From assembly GCA_040954595.2 (NCBI GenBank), contig CM082598.2, forward strand, positions 9,687,097-9,751,096: a stretch of DNA of 64,000 nt, given 5' to 3'. Origin of the DNA: Balanoglossus misakiensis (taxonomy: Eukaryota > Animalia > Hemichordata). The notes under the pieces are model-generated. The model saw only the letters and a list, made by a program, of their open reading frames with translations. It had not been told where the DNA came from and ran no database searches. Position numbers and translations under genes: made by a program. Positions 1 to 12,704 of the stretch are shown in pieces. Position 1 is the first letter of the stretch; every line of letters begins with the position of its first letter.

Positions 1-220
1 AGTGTACATATACAGAGATTACCAGTATGTGTCAGTTTATTACTGGTAGGACATATACGTACAAATTATAAATATGACTACAAATAAGACATTGCAATAT
101 CAATTAATACAGATAGAGACAAATACAGGGTAAGTTCACACATGGAAACTTGTCAACGTTGTAGAGAAGATTGTCTGTGTTCTATGAACAGTGGTGTGTG
201 TGTTCACAAAGTTGAGTCCA

Positions 221-980
221 ATTCAATTTCAATTTCAATTCAATTTTATTTCACTTTCAATTTTTACATCGAATGGTGAACAATGTACTGATAAAGTGAA
301 AAAAGGAGGTAGGAAAAATAGTGCACTCGCACTAGTCAAGTCCACCCCCTCATGGTGAACAGTAGAACACTTGGTTCGTAATACATACAAAAAAAAGTCA
401 AACTATTCTTTTTCTAAGAAGGATTTCATTTGTTTCTTAAATGAACATTTTGACCTCGTTGAGCGCATATTTTCAGGAGGTTTATTCCAAACCTTTGCTG
501 CAGTGTACTTTATAGAATGTTGGCCAGCATTACTGTTATATTTCGGAATAAAAGGATTGCCTATATCTTTTGATGTGGTATGATAAGAATGTTGAATAGG
601 AACGAAATACTCTGAATATCCTGGTGGAAGCTTGCTATTAAGAACATCATGAACAAACAAGGACAGTTGAAGATCACGTTGCTTGTATACATTCAAGATA
701 AGTAACTCATTAAACAATGGTGAAGAATGTGCAAGACGGTCTGATCCCGCCAATACACGTACAATTCTTTTCTGTGTGAGATGTACATGTATTGGCCATG
801 TTTGGTATTTCTGTTGTGCTCAGGTCAGGCCAGTAGTAACATCGCAAATCTACACCAGTCCAGCACCATAGTGAACTGTTCACAACAAACCTGTCTACAC
901 TGGACACATTTTTGGTTCCTTTCACAAACAATGCCATTTTAAAATACGCCTTTATAATCGACACATCTAAAATCCTCATA
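221..980 (-). mobile_element. 5'-truncated non-LTR retrotransposon 3' end (L2/Crack/CR1-group-like)
   Basis: ORF 403-753(-) resembles ORF2 C-terminus (HSSPLFNEL.IL, SIKY.AAK.WN, SFKKQMKSFL); minus strand ends AATAAA + (ATTGAA)n-like tail at 221-250. Confidence 0.7.
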
Positions 981-1046
981 GGTAAGACTTTTTATAAAAA
1001 TGTGTATTGCTATTGAGATGAAATTTCCAATGTACTTTGATTTCAG

Positions 1047-1197
1047 ACCCAAGAAGAATCCATTGTTTCTTGTGGATCTTGTGCTGGATAAGGAAGGATC
1101 TCATTACAGTACAAATCTGAACAACTTTGAAAGCACACTCATTTCACTCTTTGACAATGCCATCAACAAAACACAAACAGTACCACAGCTTGAAAAG
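1047..1197 (+). CDS. DNAH1: Dynein heavy chain exon A (PKKNPLFLVDL...VPQLEK)
   Basis: tttcag acceptor, aag|gtaaac donor; tail-region homology. Confidence 0.9.
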
Positions 1198-1502
1198 GTA
1201 AACTTGTACATCTTATTCCAAATTCAGATGGTAGTTTTAAAGGGACAAAGTATACCGTAACTTGTAAAATTTGAGACAGTGACTTAACCATTTCACCCCC
1301 CCCCCCCAGTTCATATGAAGTTGTCATTACCAAAAATATGCAAATGAGCTGAAAAATGTGAAATTGGTCAAAACTCAGAAACTCAACAACCACTGGTCAG
1401 ATTGATTTGAAAATTGGTATGCATGTATCTTATGTCAACCCCAAACAGTCCTGTATGTTTTGAGTTAATTTAATGAATTTTCTATTTTGCATTTTTGTTC
1501 AG

Positions 1503-1696
1503 TATGTTCTGGAGGACATTTTTTGGGCTGATACACCACTGCTTGAATCTGTTGGTGAGCATGAGCCACCTGTGGAAGAACTGAGGGAAACTATCAGAAA
1601 TGCAATCAAGAAATCATTGAACCCAATGAAAGCCTATGCAAGGGCTTATGAAAAACATCTGGAGTTGATGAATCTGGACATTAATCAATACACCAA
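1503..1696 (+). CDS. DNAH1: Dynein heavy chain exon B (YVLEDIFW...INQYT)
   Basis: ttcag acceptor, aa|gtaagt donor, phase 0 to 2. Confidence 0.9.
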
Positions 1697-1831
1697 GTAA
1701 GTACTGTTGTTAACCAGTGTGTTTGCTTGCATTTTTGGACTCTGTGGCAGAAAGTACCAAAGGTGTCCTATGTTGCTGCAATGTGTGGGGGTGTGTGTGT
1801 GTGGGTGTGTGTGTCCATCTGTAGATAGATT

Positions 1832-2415
1832 TTTGGGTCCCATTGGTATGTACCATGGGACCTTATGGGATCGGGTGTGTCTGTATATGTATGTATGGAT
1901 GGATGGATGGATGTATGTCTGTATGTACGTCCACATCAAAAACTTGAAAACCGCTGCGTGTATCACCTTGATATTTGGTGTGCTGATGCAGGCTGGGCTG
2001 TAGATGGGAGTTTGTTCAAATGAAGTTGTCATTGCCAAAAATATGCAAATTAGCTGGAAAAATGTGAATTTGGGCAAAACTCAAGAGCTACTGGTCAGAT
2101 TGCTTTGCAAAGTGGTGTGTATTTACTTTATTGAGTTGTTTTAATTAGGCAGGAACTCCCCTCCTGTGATTCATATAAACACAGCAAATTCCTGAATGAT
2201 AACATAACTGGCTAAGTTTTAAAGAGGCCAGCTGTTTTATTTAGTGTATGTACAGTACATATGCCATTGGCAGCTTATGGGTCAGTCAGTGTTTGCCCAT
2301 TGATCTCTCGCTATGTGTGTGTGTGTGTCTGTCTGTATATGGCCATATACTCTGGTGTAGACTTTTTCTTGTGTAATCACTCAATGGGACCACCGTGTCC
2401 TTGATGTGATTTTTG
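1832..2415 (+). mobile_element. HINE/DINE-1-like modular repeat, family 1 (other copies ~28038-30552, ~32394-36498, ~44344-49195, partial ~46372-46700 and ~1310-1490)
   Basis: 5' palindrome ggtcccattgg..ccatgggacc, (gtat/ggat)n microsatellite, conserved core, 3' sub-terminal atgggacc + short hairpin, T-rich flanks. Confidence 0.65.
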
Positions 2416-2763
2416 TTGAAAGTTTGGTGGGTTTGGCTCAACTAACTCTTATTTGGTATGACCATTACAATTACATACTCATTATACACAGCCATATTGG
2501 ACTCATGTCCAAAACATAAGCGTTGTTCATCATTGTCCTTGGCCAAACTGAACCCTGATTGAACGCCTGAGTACATCAGCAAATGTTGTAGATAATGAGT
2601 GATACAGTTCAAAGTAATGATTAATAATTATGTGTTAGTTTGATTGCAAAAATATACACAGTGTTTGTGGCGAGTCCTGTTTTTGTCACAATTGCTGAAA
2701 ACATAAAATGTCCAACCTCTCAAATCCTTAATTGACTGGTACTTGTAACTTTTCCTTTTATAG

Positions 2764-2989
2764 AGAGTATGATGCTCAAGAGCATACAGCAGCTGAAGTG
2801 AAAAAGGAAATTGAAAGTCATCTGAGTGAAAAAGAGAAGTTGGAAAACAGCATTCCATCCAGTATAGTCATTGGGCCATTCCATGTTAACACAGACAATG
2901 TTCGACAGGGACTCAGCAAGAAGTGTAAAGCCCTTGCTAATGCCCTTCTCGAACTCCTTGCTAAGAAACTCCGTAAGCAAGCAGATGAT
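2764..2989 (+). CDS. DNAH1: Dynein heavy chain exon C (EYDAQEH...RKQADD)
   Basis: ttatag acceptor, gat|gtgagt donor; IPSSIVIGPF motif. Confidence 0.9.
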
Positions 2990-4802
2990 GTGAGTCTAAC
3001 TCTAGCCATTGCCATATGTATGGCCCTAATTCTGCCTGCCTTAAATAGGGTTTTGCTACCTAGGTGAGTAATAAAAATCTCACATGGTCGACACAATTTC
3101 AAGATGGCCGATTTTTGCCATGTTTAAGAAATGGGAGTCCATATGCTAAAGTGATAGTCGGTCATTCTGATACTTTGTATCGGAAAAAATAAAGATATGA
3201 ATAAAGTTGATTGACTTTAATATGTCAACTACAAAGACAGAAATGTTTGCCCAAAGAAGTCATGAAACATATAAACAGTAAACATATCATTTCTTCTATC
3301 TCTTACTAAAGAGTTGTCGACCTTTTACCCAGAATGCAATTATTATAATGTGATTTGACTCCCTAGCACAAAGTGAAAACCTATTTAAGGCAGCCAGAAT
3401 TTACTATGTGTGTGATGAACACACCCATCAGGCAATAATAGCCCTTCTGGATAGTGCAATCAGAGCTCAAATCTAAGTGCTAGTCTAGAATTCATGCACA
3501 AAATTATAGTAGGCGTTCTTTTGCACAAATGTAACATTTTTTCTGTTTAATATGAGGTCATTTAAAGGTCTCAACTAATTTCTTAATTTGAATTTCTATT
3601 ATACCAGCAGTATATCTGTTTATTGCATTTTGAATGCTCAGTTACATCCTTGCAACTGCCTAGATACTGCATCCATGCCAAGCTCACAGCATGACTGCCA
3701 AAAGTGTATAACAGTCTCTTCTTAGTTGAATCGCAGTCCCTCCACCCACTGTGGCTGAGCATTTTTCCCTACCCAGTATCCCTGGCAGTTAATTTTAACA
3801 ATAAAACTGATAGTAGCATGTGGTACCGTAGTTACATATCAATGGCTGATTGCAACATTCAGTAGGGTTATTTTTGCTTGATGGGCAGTTTGATTCATAC
3901 CTTTCTCACTCACTCTTAATAATGCCATGACTATCACTAATGAATGCCTGTGTGGTAACAGTAAGTAACTTTTTACATTTTGGGGGTAATTGGAAACTTT
4001 TCACCCCCAGTGTCCACCCTACCATGGAAAAGAATGGGGTTGAATCGTGGTGGTGTAAGTCATAATGCAGTGTAGAACTTACATACATGGTAAACTTCAA
4101 GAGTAAGGTTTTGGTAGTGTACTAGTATTTAATTCTTACTACCCTAAATGTGTTTTTGTTACCTAGGGTAATATGACTAAAATCTTACATGGCCAACAGA
4201 ATTTCAAGATGGCAGACTTTTGCCATGTTTAAGGATGTACGCAGTAACAAGTGCGGTGCAGTAACAAGTGCGGTGCCTCTATATTTTATTATGGATTTTC
4301 ATTAGACATACAAATGAGAAACCAAAAATCCACAATTAAAAGAAATGACAATACTTTCAATTTTACTGATCGTACACCCTTGAAGAGTAGAAGAGCATCA
4401 GCTGAATCAATGTCTGGGTCATATTGAAATTTTGTAGCAGAAAAAATATCAAAATGTGAAAAAGTTAAATGAGATTCTAAATACTTACTACATGCTACTT
4501 TGTTTCCCAAAATGCAGTTAGTTAAAAAAAAATTTGACCCTAGCTTGAAGTTAGGTGCTATGTAAGGTTGTTGGAACTCGAATGTTGTATTCATTAACAT
4601 CCAGCCATCTTCGTAGTATTTTAATATGGTGATGTTCACATAAGGCACTGTTTATTTTCACAGGAAAGTCTGAATAGTATACCATCCTATTTAAACAAAA
4701 AGAATAACGGTATCTTCAAAGGTAAAATGTGTGTTTTTTCTACATTTCTAATAGTTCTCAACTATATTATATGATTTTCTCTATTAATGGTGATGAAACT
4801 AG

Positions 4803-5005
4803 GCATGTGAAGAATTCAAATATATCTCAAGACGTTTATTTGAGAAGCCCAACTGTATTGAAGATCTGTCTGAGATGAAACAGTGGATGGAGACCATTCC
4901 TGACAAACTGAAGGAACATCAAGAAATCATTGATAAAGCCATGTCAGATTATGAACTCATAGAAGAGTTTTATTACAATCTCTCATCTGATGATTTCAGC
5001 GCAAA
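4803..5005 (+). CDS. DNAH1: Dynein heavy chain exon D (ACEEFKYISRRLFEKPNCIEDL...NLSSDDFSA); not in ORF track
   Basis: Hand-translated; actag acceptor, aa|gtgagt donor; matches DNAH1 CEEF..ISR..EKPN.IE and YNLSSDDF. Confidence 0.9.
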
Positions 5006-5041
5006 GTGAGTATATATAAACACTCTAGATACCGATGCTCA

Positions 5042-5382
5042 CAGTATGGTATCCAGACCCCAGTGTGTTTTAGATAGACTCACACACAGACAGTCTGGAA
5101 ACTCAGTCTGCTATCGTCGTTTCTGAAATTTTGCATGTCAATAGAAGTCAAAATGCAATGCCTCGGCAACGAGGTCACCACGTGATCTTGACTCTGACGT
5201 CATTCAAGTTATTCACCTTACATGACACACTACTGATTGGCTGTTACCCTGGAACAGACGTTGCTAATTAATGCTAATTATTTTCCAACTATTAGCAATG
5301 CCCGGGTCAATGCTCCGGACTGTGTTTCCAGACCCTGTGTGTGACTGTATCTAAAACACACTGGGGTCTGGAAACCAGACTA
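5042..5382. mobile_element. MITE with ~35 bp terminal inverted repeats
   Basis: ggtatccagaccccagtgtgttttagata ... tatctaaaacacactggggtctggaaacc. Confidence 0.6.
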
Positions 5383-5662
5383 CAATGGTACTTGGAGTAA
5401 TGATAACAGCTAGTATAAACAAAAAAATGAGATTGTTTTGACTCCTTACTTTGTCTTTGTTTTTAACAAATTTTAATCTTCTGAACACATGTGAGAGATT
5501 ATAGCCACTCCACTTCACAAACCAGACTACAATGGTACTTGGAGTAATGATAACAGCTAGTATAAACAAAAAAATGAGATTGTTTTGACTCCTTACTTTG
5601 TCTTTGTTTTTAACAAATTTTAATCTTCTGAACACATGTGAGAGATTATAGCCACTTCACTT
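5374..5662. repeat. Tandem duplication of ~146 bp
   Basis: accagactacaatggtacttgg...gattatagccact occurs twice head-to-tail. Confidence 0.9.
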
Positions 5663-5739
5663 GTCTGTCTGTCAGGTGCATCCATCCATCTATCTGTCAG
5701 GCTTGTCTACCACTATACCTGCTACTCTTCTGAGACTTT

Positions 5740-6112
5740 TGTAAAACAGGTTATTTTCGCGACAGGGAATTTTCACGATATCAGAAGAGACAACTGTTAC
5801 GCAAGGATTAATTTTAGTGTTCTCGTATTTCAGTAACGGCATCGTTATCTCCAAAAACATTCTATTGTAAGCTTATTAGTCACATTGTAGCAAGAGTCTT
5901 GCCACACACCATGATGTTCAAACAAATTGCACAATATGTAGCAAAATCATGAAACTGCAACCATTTTAATAAATTACCTGCACTTTCAAACTGAAAACAT
6001 TTCGTTGCGAGTGTGTTTGACTATATTTACGGACTTTTTATTTTTGCATTTTTTTGGCTCTCGCGTATTTTGCGAAAATTTATTGCTGGCGAAAATAACC
6101 CGTTTTACAGTA
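5740..6112. mobile_element. Tc1/mariner-like MITE (related copy ~40247-40500)
   Basis: TIR-like ends (c)tgtaaaac.ggttattttcg / cgaaaataacccgttttacag, next to TA. Confidence 0.5.
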
Positions 6113-6116
6113 TTTC

Positions 6117-6204
6117 ACAAGAACTACAGGCTTTCAAATCAGTAACAAGAACTACAGGCTTTCAAATCAGTAACAAGAACTACAGGCTTTCAAATCAGTA
6201 ACAG
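6117..6204. repeat. 28-bp minisatellite x3
   Basis: acaagaactacaggctttcaaatcagta repeated. Confidence 0.9.
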
Positions 6205-6931
6205 CTTTCCTCTCTTTAGTCCCGGTGGCATGTCAGCATCTGGGACTCGGCTTTCTCATTCAGCATGGTTGGTGTAAACTGTATCACAAACTGAAGTGGC
6301 TGCAACAACTGTACTGTTCAGTGATTCGGTTAATGCAACATCCTGCGTATTTCACCCATTTCTGACCATAATTATGCAAAGATAATGACGGACGTGTACA
6401 CCAGTACGGCATTGACTTTAGCCACTAGAAATATGCAAATTGTATTGAGCAAGGCTTACAAGCTAAAAATAATGCAGGTACACGTGTAACTTTGCAACAT
6501 TTATGCACAGAAATGTTGCAATTTTCACTCGGGCAACAAGACAGATAAAACTTTGTAACATTGTACCATGGTCTTTTATTACAAGCTTTCAACTGCCCGC
6601 GCAATTTTGTTACATATTTTGCAAAGTAAATTCTGAATGCGTATTGATGTACGCAAAGGAAAATAATCTTACCGAACCTCTGACTGTTATGTCATGACTT
6701 TTTGTGCACCATGTTGCTGTACAAGGCAGCAGCAGCTAATTTAGTTGGCTCCTAACATGTTCAGGTCCCTTTATTTTCATTAGATGGTTTGATGAATATG
6801 TACACATAACTGCTTGACAAGCAGAAAACTGTGTGTTGGGATACTATAGGGAGACCAAGAAAATGGAGTTGATACATAAAACAAAACTACATGTACTCAT
6901 AAAAAGCCAGAAATTACGGACAGGAATTTAA

Positions 6932-7281
6932 AGCCTCTAGAGCTGCCACTTTTTGCATTATTTTCATGATTTTATTGTCCAACTTAAATTGGTCATTCTA
7001 AATACGCTTACTGAAAGGTATACATGAACACCTTATCCATGCCCGATTGTGACTGCATGTTGCAATTGGAACACGCTATGTATTAAAACAGTGCCGCACC
7101 AATTTAATCAGCCTCCATATAAACAGTACGCAGCTATCATGGTATGCGTTGCCAGGAGATGACAAACTGATGCAAATGCAACGTATATGGCTTAATGGTG
7201 AAGATTTTGGAGGATAGGGAATATATTTGAAGTATTTTATTGAGGAAAATAAATATGTGAAATTTGGCAGCTCTAGAGGCT
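6932..7281. mobile_element. Kolobok-like MITE, TTAA TSD (related copies ~12697-13800 interrupted, ~38496-38842, partial ~52630-52807)
   Basis: ttaa|agcctctagagctgcc ... ggcagctctagaggct|ttaa. Confidence 0.75.
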
Positions 7282-7307
7282 TTAATGTTGATATGTATTC
7301 TCATCAG

Positions 7308-7449
7308 GTGGACTGCAGTGGGATGGCCTCACAAAATAGACATTCAGATGGAGCAAGTGTACAACCAGCTAGAAGAGGACCAAGAACGCTTCCAAAAGAT
7401 CCAGATAACGGATCAGAACAACTTCCAAGACCGGCTGGACACTTTGCAG
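7308..7449 (+). CDS. DNAH1: Dynein heavy chain exon E (WTAVGWPHKI...LDTLQ)
   Basis: catcag acceptor, cag|gttgat donor; KIQITDQNNFQ. Confidence 0.88.
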
Positions 7450-7589
7450 GTTGATACAATGAGATCTTACTAAATACTGGATGCAATGTGTCATTAGTAC
7501 CAGACAAAAATGCTGACATTTTTTCCTCTTGAAGTTTCATTTTCTATTGTGTCAGATTTTTGTCCCATGTCTTTTGCTTTTGAGTTTTG

Positions 7590-7862
7590 CATTCATTCAT
7601 CCATCCATCCATCCACCCACTCATCAATCCATCCGTCTGTCCATTCATCCATCGATCGATCCATCGATCGATCCATCCATCCATCCATCCATCCATCCAT
7701 CCATCCATCCATCCATCCATCCAACCAACCAACCAACCACAAAAGATGATCCATCCATCCATCCATCCATCCATCCATCCATCCATCCATCCATCCATCC
7801 ATCCATCCATCCATCCATCCAACCAACCAACCAACCAACCAACCAATCATAAAAGATGATCC
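7590..7862. repeat. Compound (ATCC)n(AACC)n microsatellite duplicated as a higher-order unit
   Basis: Two blocks each ending ...aaaagatgat. Confidence 0.95.
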
Positions 7863-9034
7863 TTGCATCAGTTAGTGACTCACTGTAATTTCCCTCTTTG
7901 TTGTTAAGATTTTTTTTCTATTAAATTTATGTTGTCTTGAATCCTAAATCATGCCGATATAACCCATGGTGACTTGTTATATTATGTGGTTAACATTATA
8001 GTAAATTCACATTAGTTTAATGCAGTGTATGTCACTGTATGCTGTAAAACCTGAGATATAAACATTGTATGTTCATGTGTCTTTCACAGTAACCTCTCTC
8101 TTTATCCAACTACATGTCTGAGATAACTACAACTGTTAATTTCTGCTGATGACACATTGTTTAAACTGGTACATTACCATGGTCTTATTGTATGGAGCTG
8201 CCAAATTGTGTGTCCAGTTTGGTTTCTATGTGCTGTGTTATAATTGTTGCTTATGATAACTGCTACCCATCCATATAACTGCACATACCCTGTGTGATCA
8301 TTCATTTAATGCACATATGTAACACTCCACATAGACGAAGCTGTCCCTGCCTCCGTTCTCACTTAATTGTCTAATGCAATGTAATGCAGTGAAATTTATC
8401 ATTGGTTAAGTAAAAGGTTTGCTCATGTAGTGTGATCAGATGTAATCTAATGTCATGCAGTATATACCCATGTGTTAAATAATGATATCGCTTGGTAACG
8501 GTAAAATGTATCATTTTTGCATGATGGTGACAATGCAGGTATTATGCTAATAGAAGTACATTATAAATGTAACAATATTGTAAATGAGATTGAATGCAGG
8601 AATAACTGTAATATTTTGCATGAATAATGAATAAGCTATTTATCATTCCCATTCTCATTTTCAAAATAAGATTCCTTTCCATCCTGCTTGACTTATACTT
8701 CCCCAGCTTTCAAAAATCAATTTCTTTTTGTCATGTCCATTCAGTCAAAATTGTACTGAATTGAAATGATTGACATTTTGCAGAACTGACTTGTTCTGAC
8801 TGATGTGTAATGTAATAATTGTACAATGAGAACATTCAGAAATGTGTAAAAAGTAAAAAAAAAGTCACATAAAATGTTTTTCGGAGATAACGATACAATG
8901 AAATACGAGAACGTGAAAATTAATCATCGCGTAACAGTTGCCGTATTTGATATCGCGAAAATTTCCTGTTACGAAAATTTCCCGTTTTACAGTAGTGCAT
9001 TGTTGTATTCATGAAATGACTGCTTTCCCTACAG

Positions 9035-9190
9035 ATGGTTGTCGCTGGTTTCGCTGCTCACACGGATATCAACAAATCCCACGAAGTTGCGAACGAAGTG
9101 CGTCGTGTCAACAAACAACTTAAAGAATGCCAGAACCTGGCTTCTATGTACAACAACAGGGAAAGACTCTTTGAGTTGCCAATCACAAAT
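9035..9190 (+). CDS. DNAH1: Dynein heavy chain exon F (MVVAGF...LPITN)
   Basis: ctacag acceptor, aat|gtaagt donor; YNNRERLF. Confidence 0.92.
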
Positions 9191-9217
9191 GTAAGTTATC
9201 AGACACACGGTAACTAT

Positions 9218-9589
9218 TAGCCTTGCTCCAAGACTGTGTGATACTGAAATGGGCGTATGTTTTGCGTACAGAACGTCCAGTGGACGCGAAGCAGTCTTGC
9301 CGATTCAGTTTGTACGGCCGGGGGGGGGGGGGGTCAAATTAGCGTCGCGTCCACATGATGTTCTATACGCATAATACCTTGTATAGAATACGCATTTTGA
9401 ACAATATTGCGAGCTCGTGTGCACTTCTACACATTCTATATGCGAATTAACCCCGCCCCTTCCTTATCATGAATATTCATATCAAATATATGTGTACAGA
9501 AACGTGCAGTCGCTTTGCCTGGTGGCGCGTCGTACACAGTATGAAAGTTCCATTCTTATTGACAGACACAGCGACTGCCATATAGTCTA
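9218..9589. mobile_element. Non-autonomous DNA transposon, TAG...CTA termini, 9-bp TSD (Academ-like)
   Basis: ggtaactat|tagcc...gtcta|ggtaactat; related inverted copy at 36784-37203. Confidence 0.75.
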
Positions 9590-11000
9590 GGTAACTATGT
9601 AAAGTTACCCTTAACTCGGTATCATTTGTACACATGGACATCAAAGCGCCAGGAATCTCAGTAGTTTGATCCTCTAATTTTTATTTTGCAAATATAGAAT
9701 TGAGATAGGTTGAAAATTTCACAGGCAAGCAACACAGCCAGTCATGCATTATATGAAAAGTTTATGTTTGCTACAAACTCTGTGCTTTTCAAACATTTTA
9801 AGGTAGATGACTACTCATAACTTAAAATATTGTCATTTTCCTGATTTTTATAGATATTGTTTATCAATGCAGGCTAAAAGCAACTGAAGTGAGAAAACGG
9901 TGCTCCCATGCCACTTTTTCAGTTATTGCAAATATTGCAGAAAATGCTGAGTCAGCACTTTTCTCACTGCTTAAGCTATAGTTTTCCTATGGAGAAAATT
10001 AAAAATAATCAGTCGGTGACATAATGTTTTCTTTATATCACAGTAAGCTTCTCTTTTGGTACCTTTTGTGAAAATTTCAAGAACATGACAATATTCTAAC
10101 ACTGTTTTCTCGAAATTCTACATATAAGGCTATCAGAAGTGATAACCACACACTGCATCTGGGTAGTTAGAGCTATTAGTATCAGTGTTCTCCCCAGAGC
10201 AATTAAAGCGTAGTGGCCACAACTTTCAATTTTGAAAAGACAATACAACTTAATTAACATAACAGTTATTAACTAAGATATCAGAAATTCATGTGGAGAA
10301 CACTGAGTATTCTCAGGTATATCATTCAAACTTTGCACAGTGTCATTTTACAGTCACACTCATGCATGGAAATTTACATTGCAACACGATCCACTATGGA
10401 TGTCTGGCTGTCATTTTCCATGTCCAGAGCCATTAATCAGCAATTTGCATGAATCAGTTTCATTCAAATTTGGTGTAAGGACAGCAATAGTTTTTTTAAG
10501 GGTAATACCCTGGAAAATCGTTCTGGAGTTCAACAGACATTTTACTAGGATCCCCTTGGTAGGCATTATTAAAAATAAAATTAAATAAATAAATAAAAAA
10601 TAAATAAAAATGTTAATAGGAAGACAAAATCTTTTACCAGGGTTTACCAATGTTCCCAAATCTTAGCAAAAACACTGGGGAAATGTATTATGGACATACT
10701 GTACATACATTTGTATGTAGTCAGTCATGTGTTGCAGTCTAATATGGCTGCTAACAGCCATTTTATCATGAAATATTTAGTCAAGGTTAATTACTGCGAC
10801 ATTTCTCTATACCGTCCACAATGAGAAATAGGGCTTTTAAATGTTGTAGGTAACATACGCCACCACCCCATGTGGATACAGATATGATTAGAAATTTTAG
10901 TAATAGTGTCTGCAGTTTTACTAAGTTATATGGGTAAAGAAGTCATTTGAAATAAAGTAAATCCCCACGTGAACATTATTGTTTTTCACTTGACTTGCAG

Positions 11001-11199
11001 TATGACAAACTTGCCAGACTCATCAAAGATTTTGAACCTTTCAAGAATCTTTGGCTGACAACCTCTGATTGGTTGAAATGGCACGAGAGCTGGATGAATG
11101 ATCCACTTACGTCCATTGATGCAGAACAGTGTGAAAGGACCGTCTCAGAATCCTTCAGAACTATGCATAAGTGTGTCAAGTACTTCAAAGACATACCTG
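11001..11199 (+). CDS. DNAH1: Dynein heavy chain exon G (YDKLARLIKDFEPF...FKDIP)
   Basis: ttgcag acceptor, g|gtaagt donor; start of linker (DHC_N2-type) region. Confidence 0.92.
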
Positions 11200-11329
11200 G
11201 TAAGTCAGATGGAACCTTTATTATTTCTCTATCAATCTCTAAACTTACCACAAAATACAGGTATTAAATGTGTAACACTGTAAGGATGTATGTGTTGGAT
11301 GATTATATACATGTACATGCATACATTAT

Positions 11330-11643
11330 TTAAGCAATAAAACACCCCCAGCCATGGTATACCACGAGATTTTGACCAGTTCACGACATATACGCACGAG
11401 CGATAGCGAGTGCGTATATGGAGTTGAACTGGTCAAAATCGAGTGGTATACCATGGCTGGGGGTGTTTTATTGCTATTATATTATGCCAGTATATTGAAA
11501 CTTTGCATAAAACATTTTAAAAAGGCATTTTCTTTGACTATGATATATGACTGTGGTATATGGCTAATATATCACGGTCACGTGTCGTGTCTCGACCAAT
11601 CAAATAGCGTGATTTACACCATCAATATACTGGTATAATATAA
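11330..11643. mobile_element. Non-autonomous Crypton-like element (long terminal hairpin + short sub-terminal IRs, no TSD)
   Basis: ~140-bp palindrome 11333-11475; IR tattatgccagtatattga / tcaatatactggtataata; CACGTG+CCAATCA near end; precisely absent from the duplicate at 32555/32556. Confidence 0.75.
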
Positions 11644-12166
11644 TATGAAATATGTGGTTCGAATGGTTGTTTCTCCAGCTGCCCTTACTTAATACATACA
11701 TACATACATACATACATACATACATACATACATACATACATACATACATGTACCACATTGCAACTTCTTTTCACTGTGTTCAAACTTCATAAATCATAGA
11801 ATCATATTCTAACACTTTCATACTTGTTATTGATCACATCATGTTTACTGGTTATTTCTTTCTTTCATGCTTCACTATTCTGTATGTACATGAACATTTA
11901 ACCTAACTATGTGATTTGCAACCTAATTTTTAATTGACAACGTTCTTTCTACATATGGCCCTCATCTGTCATTTGTATATTGCCTTCTTAAACCTATATG
12001 TTGAAATGCATTTTATGTTATTTTTTTCTGGTATTCTATGTCGACTCCCAAAACCTCTTAATGTATTTGCAATATTAATGTGTGTGCAAAATTGACTTTT
12101 ATAATCCATTTGATATACTTTATGCATGTCGTTATATATGATTATTGATCCATGTTTTGAATGACT

Positions 12167-12376
12167 GGTTATTATTGACCTGTACTATAACCCCATGGTT
12201 ACTATTGACCTGTACTGTAACCCCATGGTTACTATTGACCTGTACTGTAACCCCATGGTTACTATTGACCTGTACTGTAACCCCATGGTTACTATTGACC
12301 TGTACTGTAACCCCATGGTTACTATTGACCTGTACTGTAACCCCATGGTTACTATTGACCTGTACTGTAACCCCAT
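12167..12376. repeat. 30-bp minisatellite x7
   Basis: ggttactattgacctgtactgtaaccccat repeated. Confidence 0.95.
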
Positions 12377-12409
12377 GAACAGCTACTCACCCAGCTTATC
12401 CCTGTACAG

Positions 12410-12663
12410 GTGTTCAGCAGGTAGCTACAGAAATCAAACAATGGGTTGAAGAATTCAAGCCATATATCCCACTCATCCAGGGTCTACGAAACCCTGGAAT
12501 GAGAGAGAGGCATTGGCAAACGCTATCCCAGGAATTAGGTTTCACAGTGAGGCCTAAACAGTCATTAACTTTCAGTAAATGTCTGGAAATGAAATTGCAA
12601 GATCACATTGATGTCATTGCCAAGGTTGCAGAAGTTGCTGGCAAAGAGTACTCCATTGAACAG
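12410..12663 (+). CDS. DNAH1: Dynein heavy chain exon H (VQQVATEIK...LRNPGMRERHW...KEYSIEQ)
   Basis: gtacag acceptor, cag|gttggt donor; LRNPGMRERHW motif. Confidence 0.92.
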
Positions 12664-12704
12664 GTTGGTTGTTGCATATCTCCCATAAAAGTTTAAAGCC
12701 TCTA

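Noticed and set aside
2990-3069. Extension of exon C to a downstream ag|gtgagt donor
   Set aside because: That donor is phase 2 and would frameshift exon D; homology ends at QADD.
7510-7868. Overlapping IHPS/MDGW-rich ORFs
   Set aside because: Translations of an (ATCC)n microsatellite.
11333-11475. Long hairpins (also 40531, 48517, 62899) as miRNA precursors or terminators
   Set aside because: They form the ends of insertion elements; no expression evidence is visible from sequence.
12167-12376. 30-bp repeats as a CRISPR array
   Set aside because: Units are contiguous with no unique spacers, no cas genes, eukaryotic intron.
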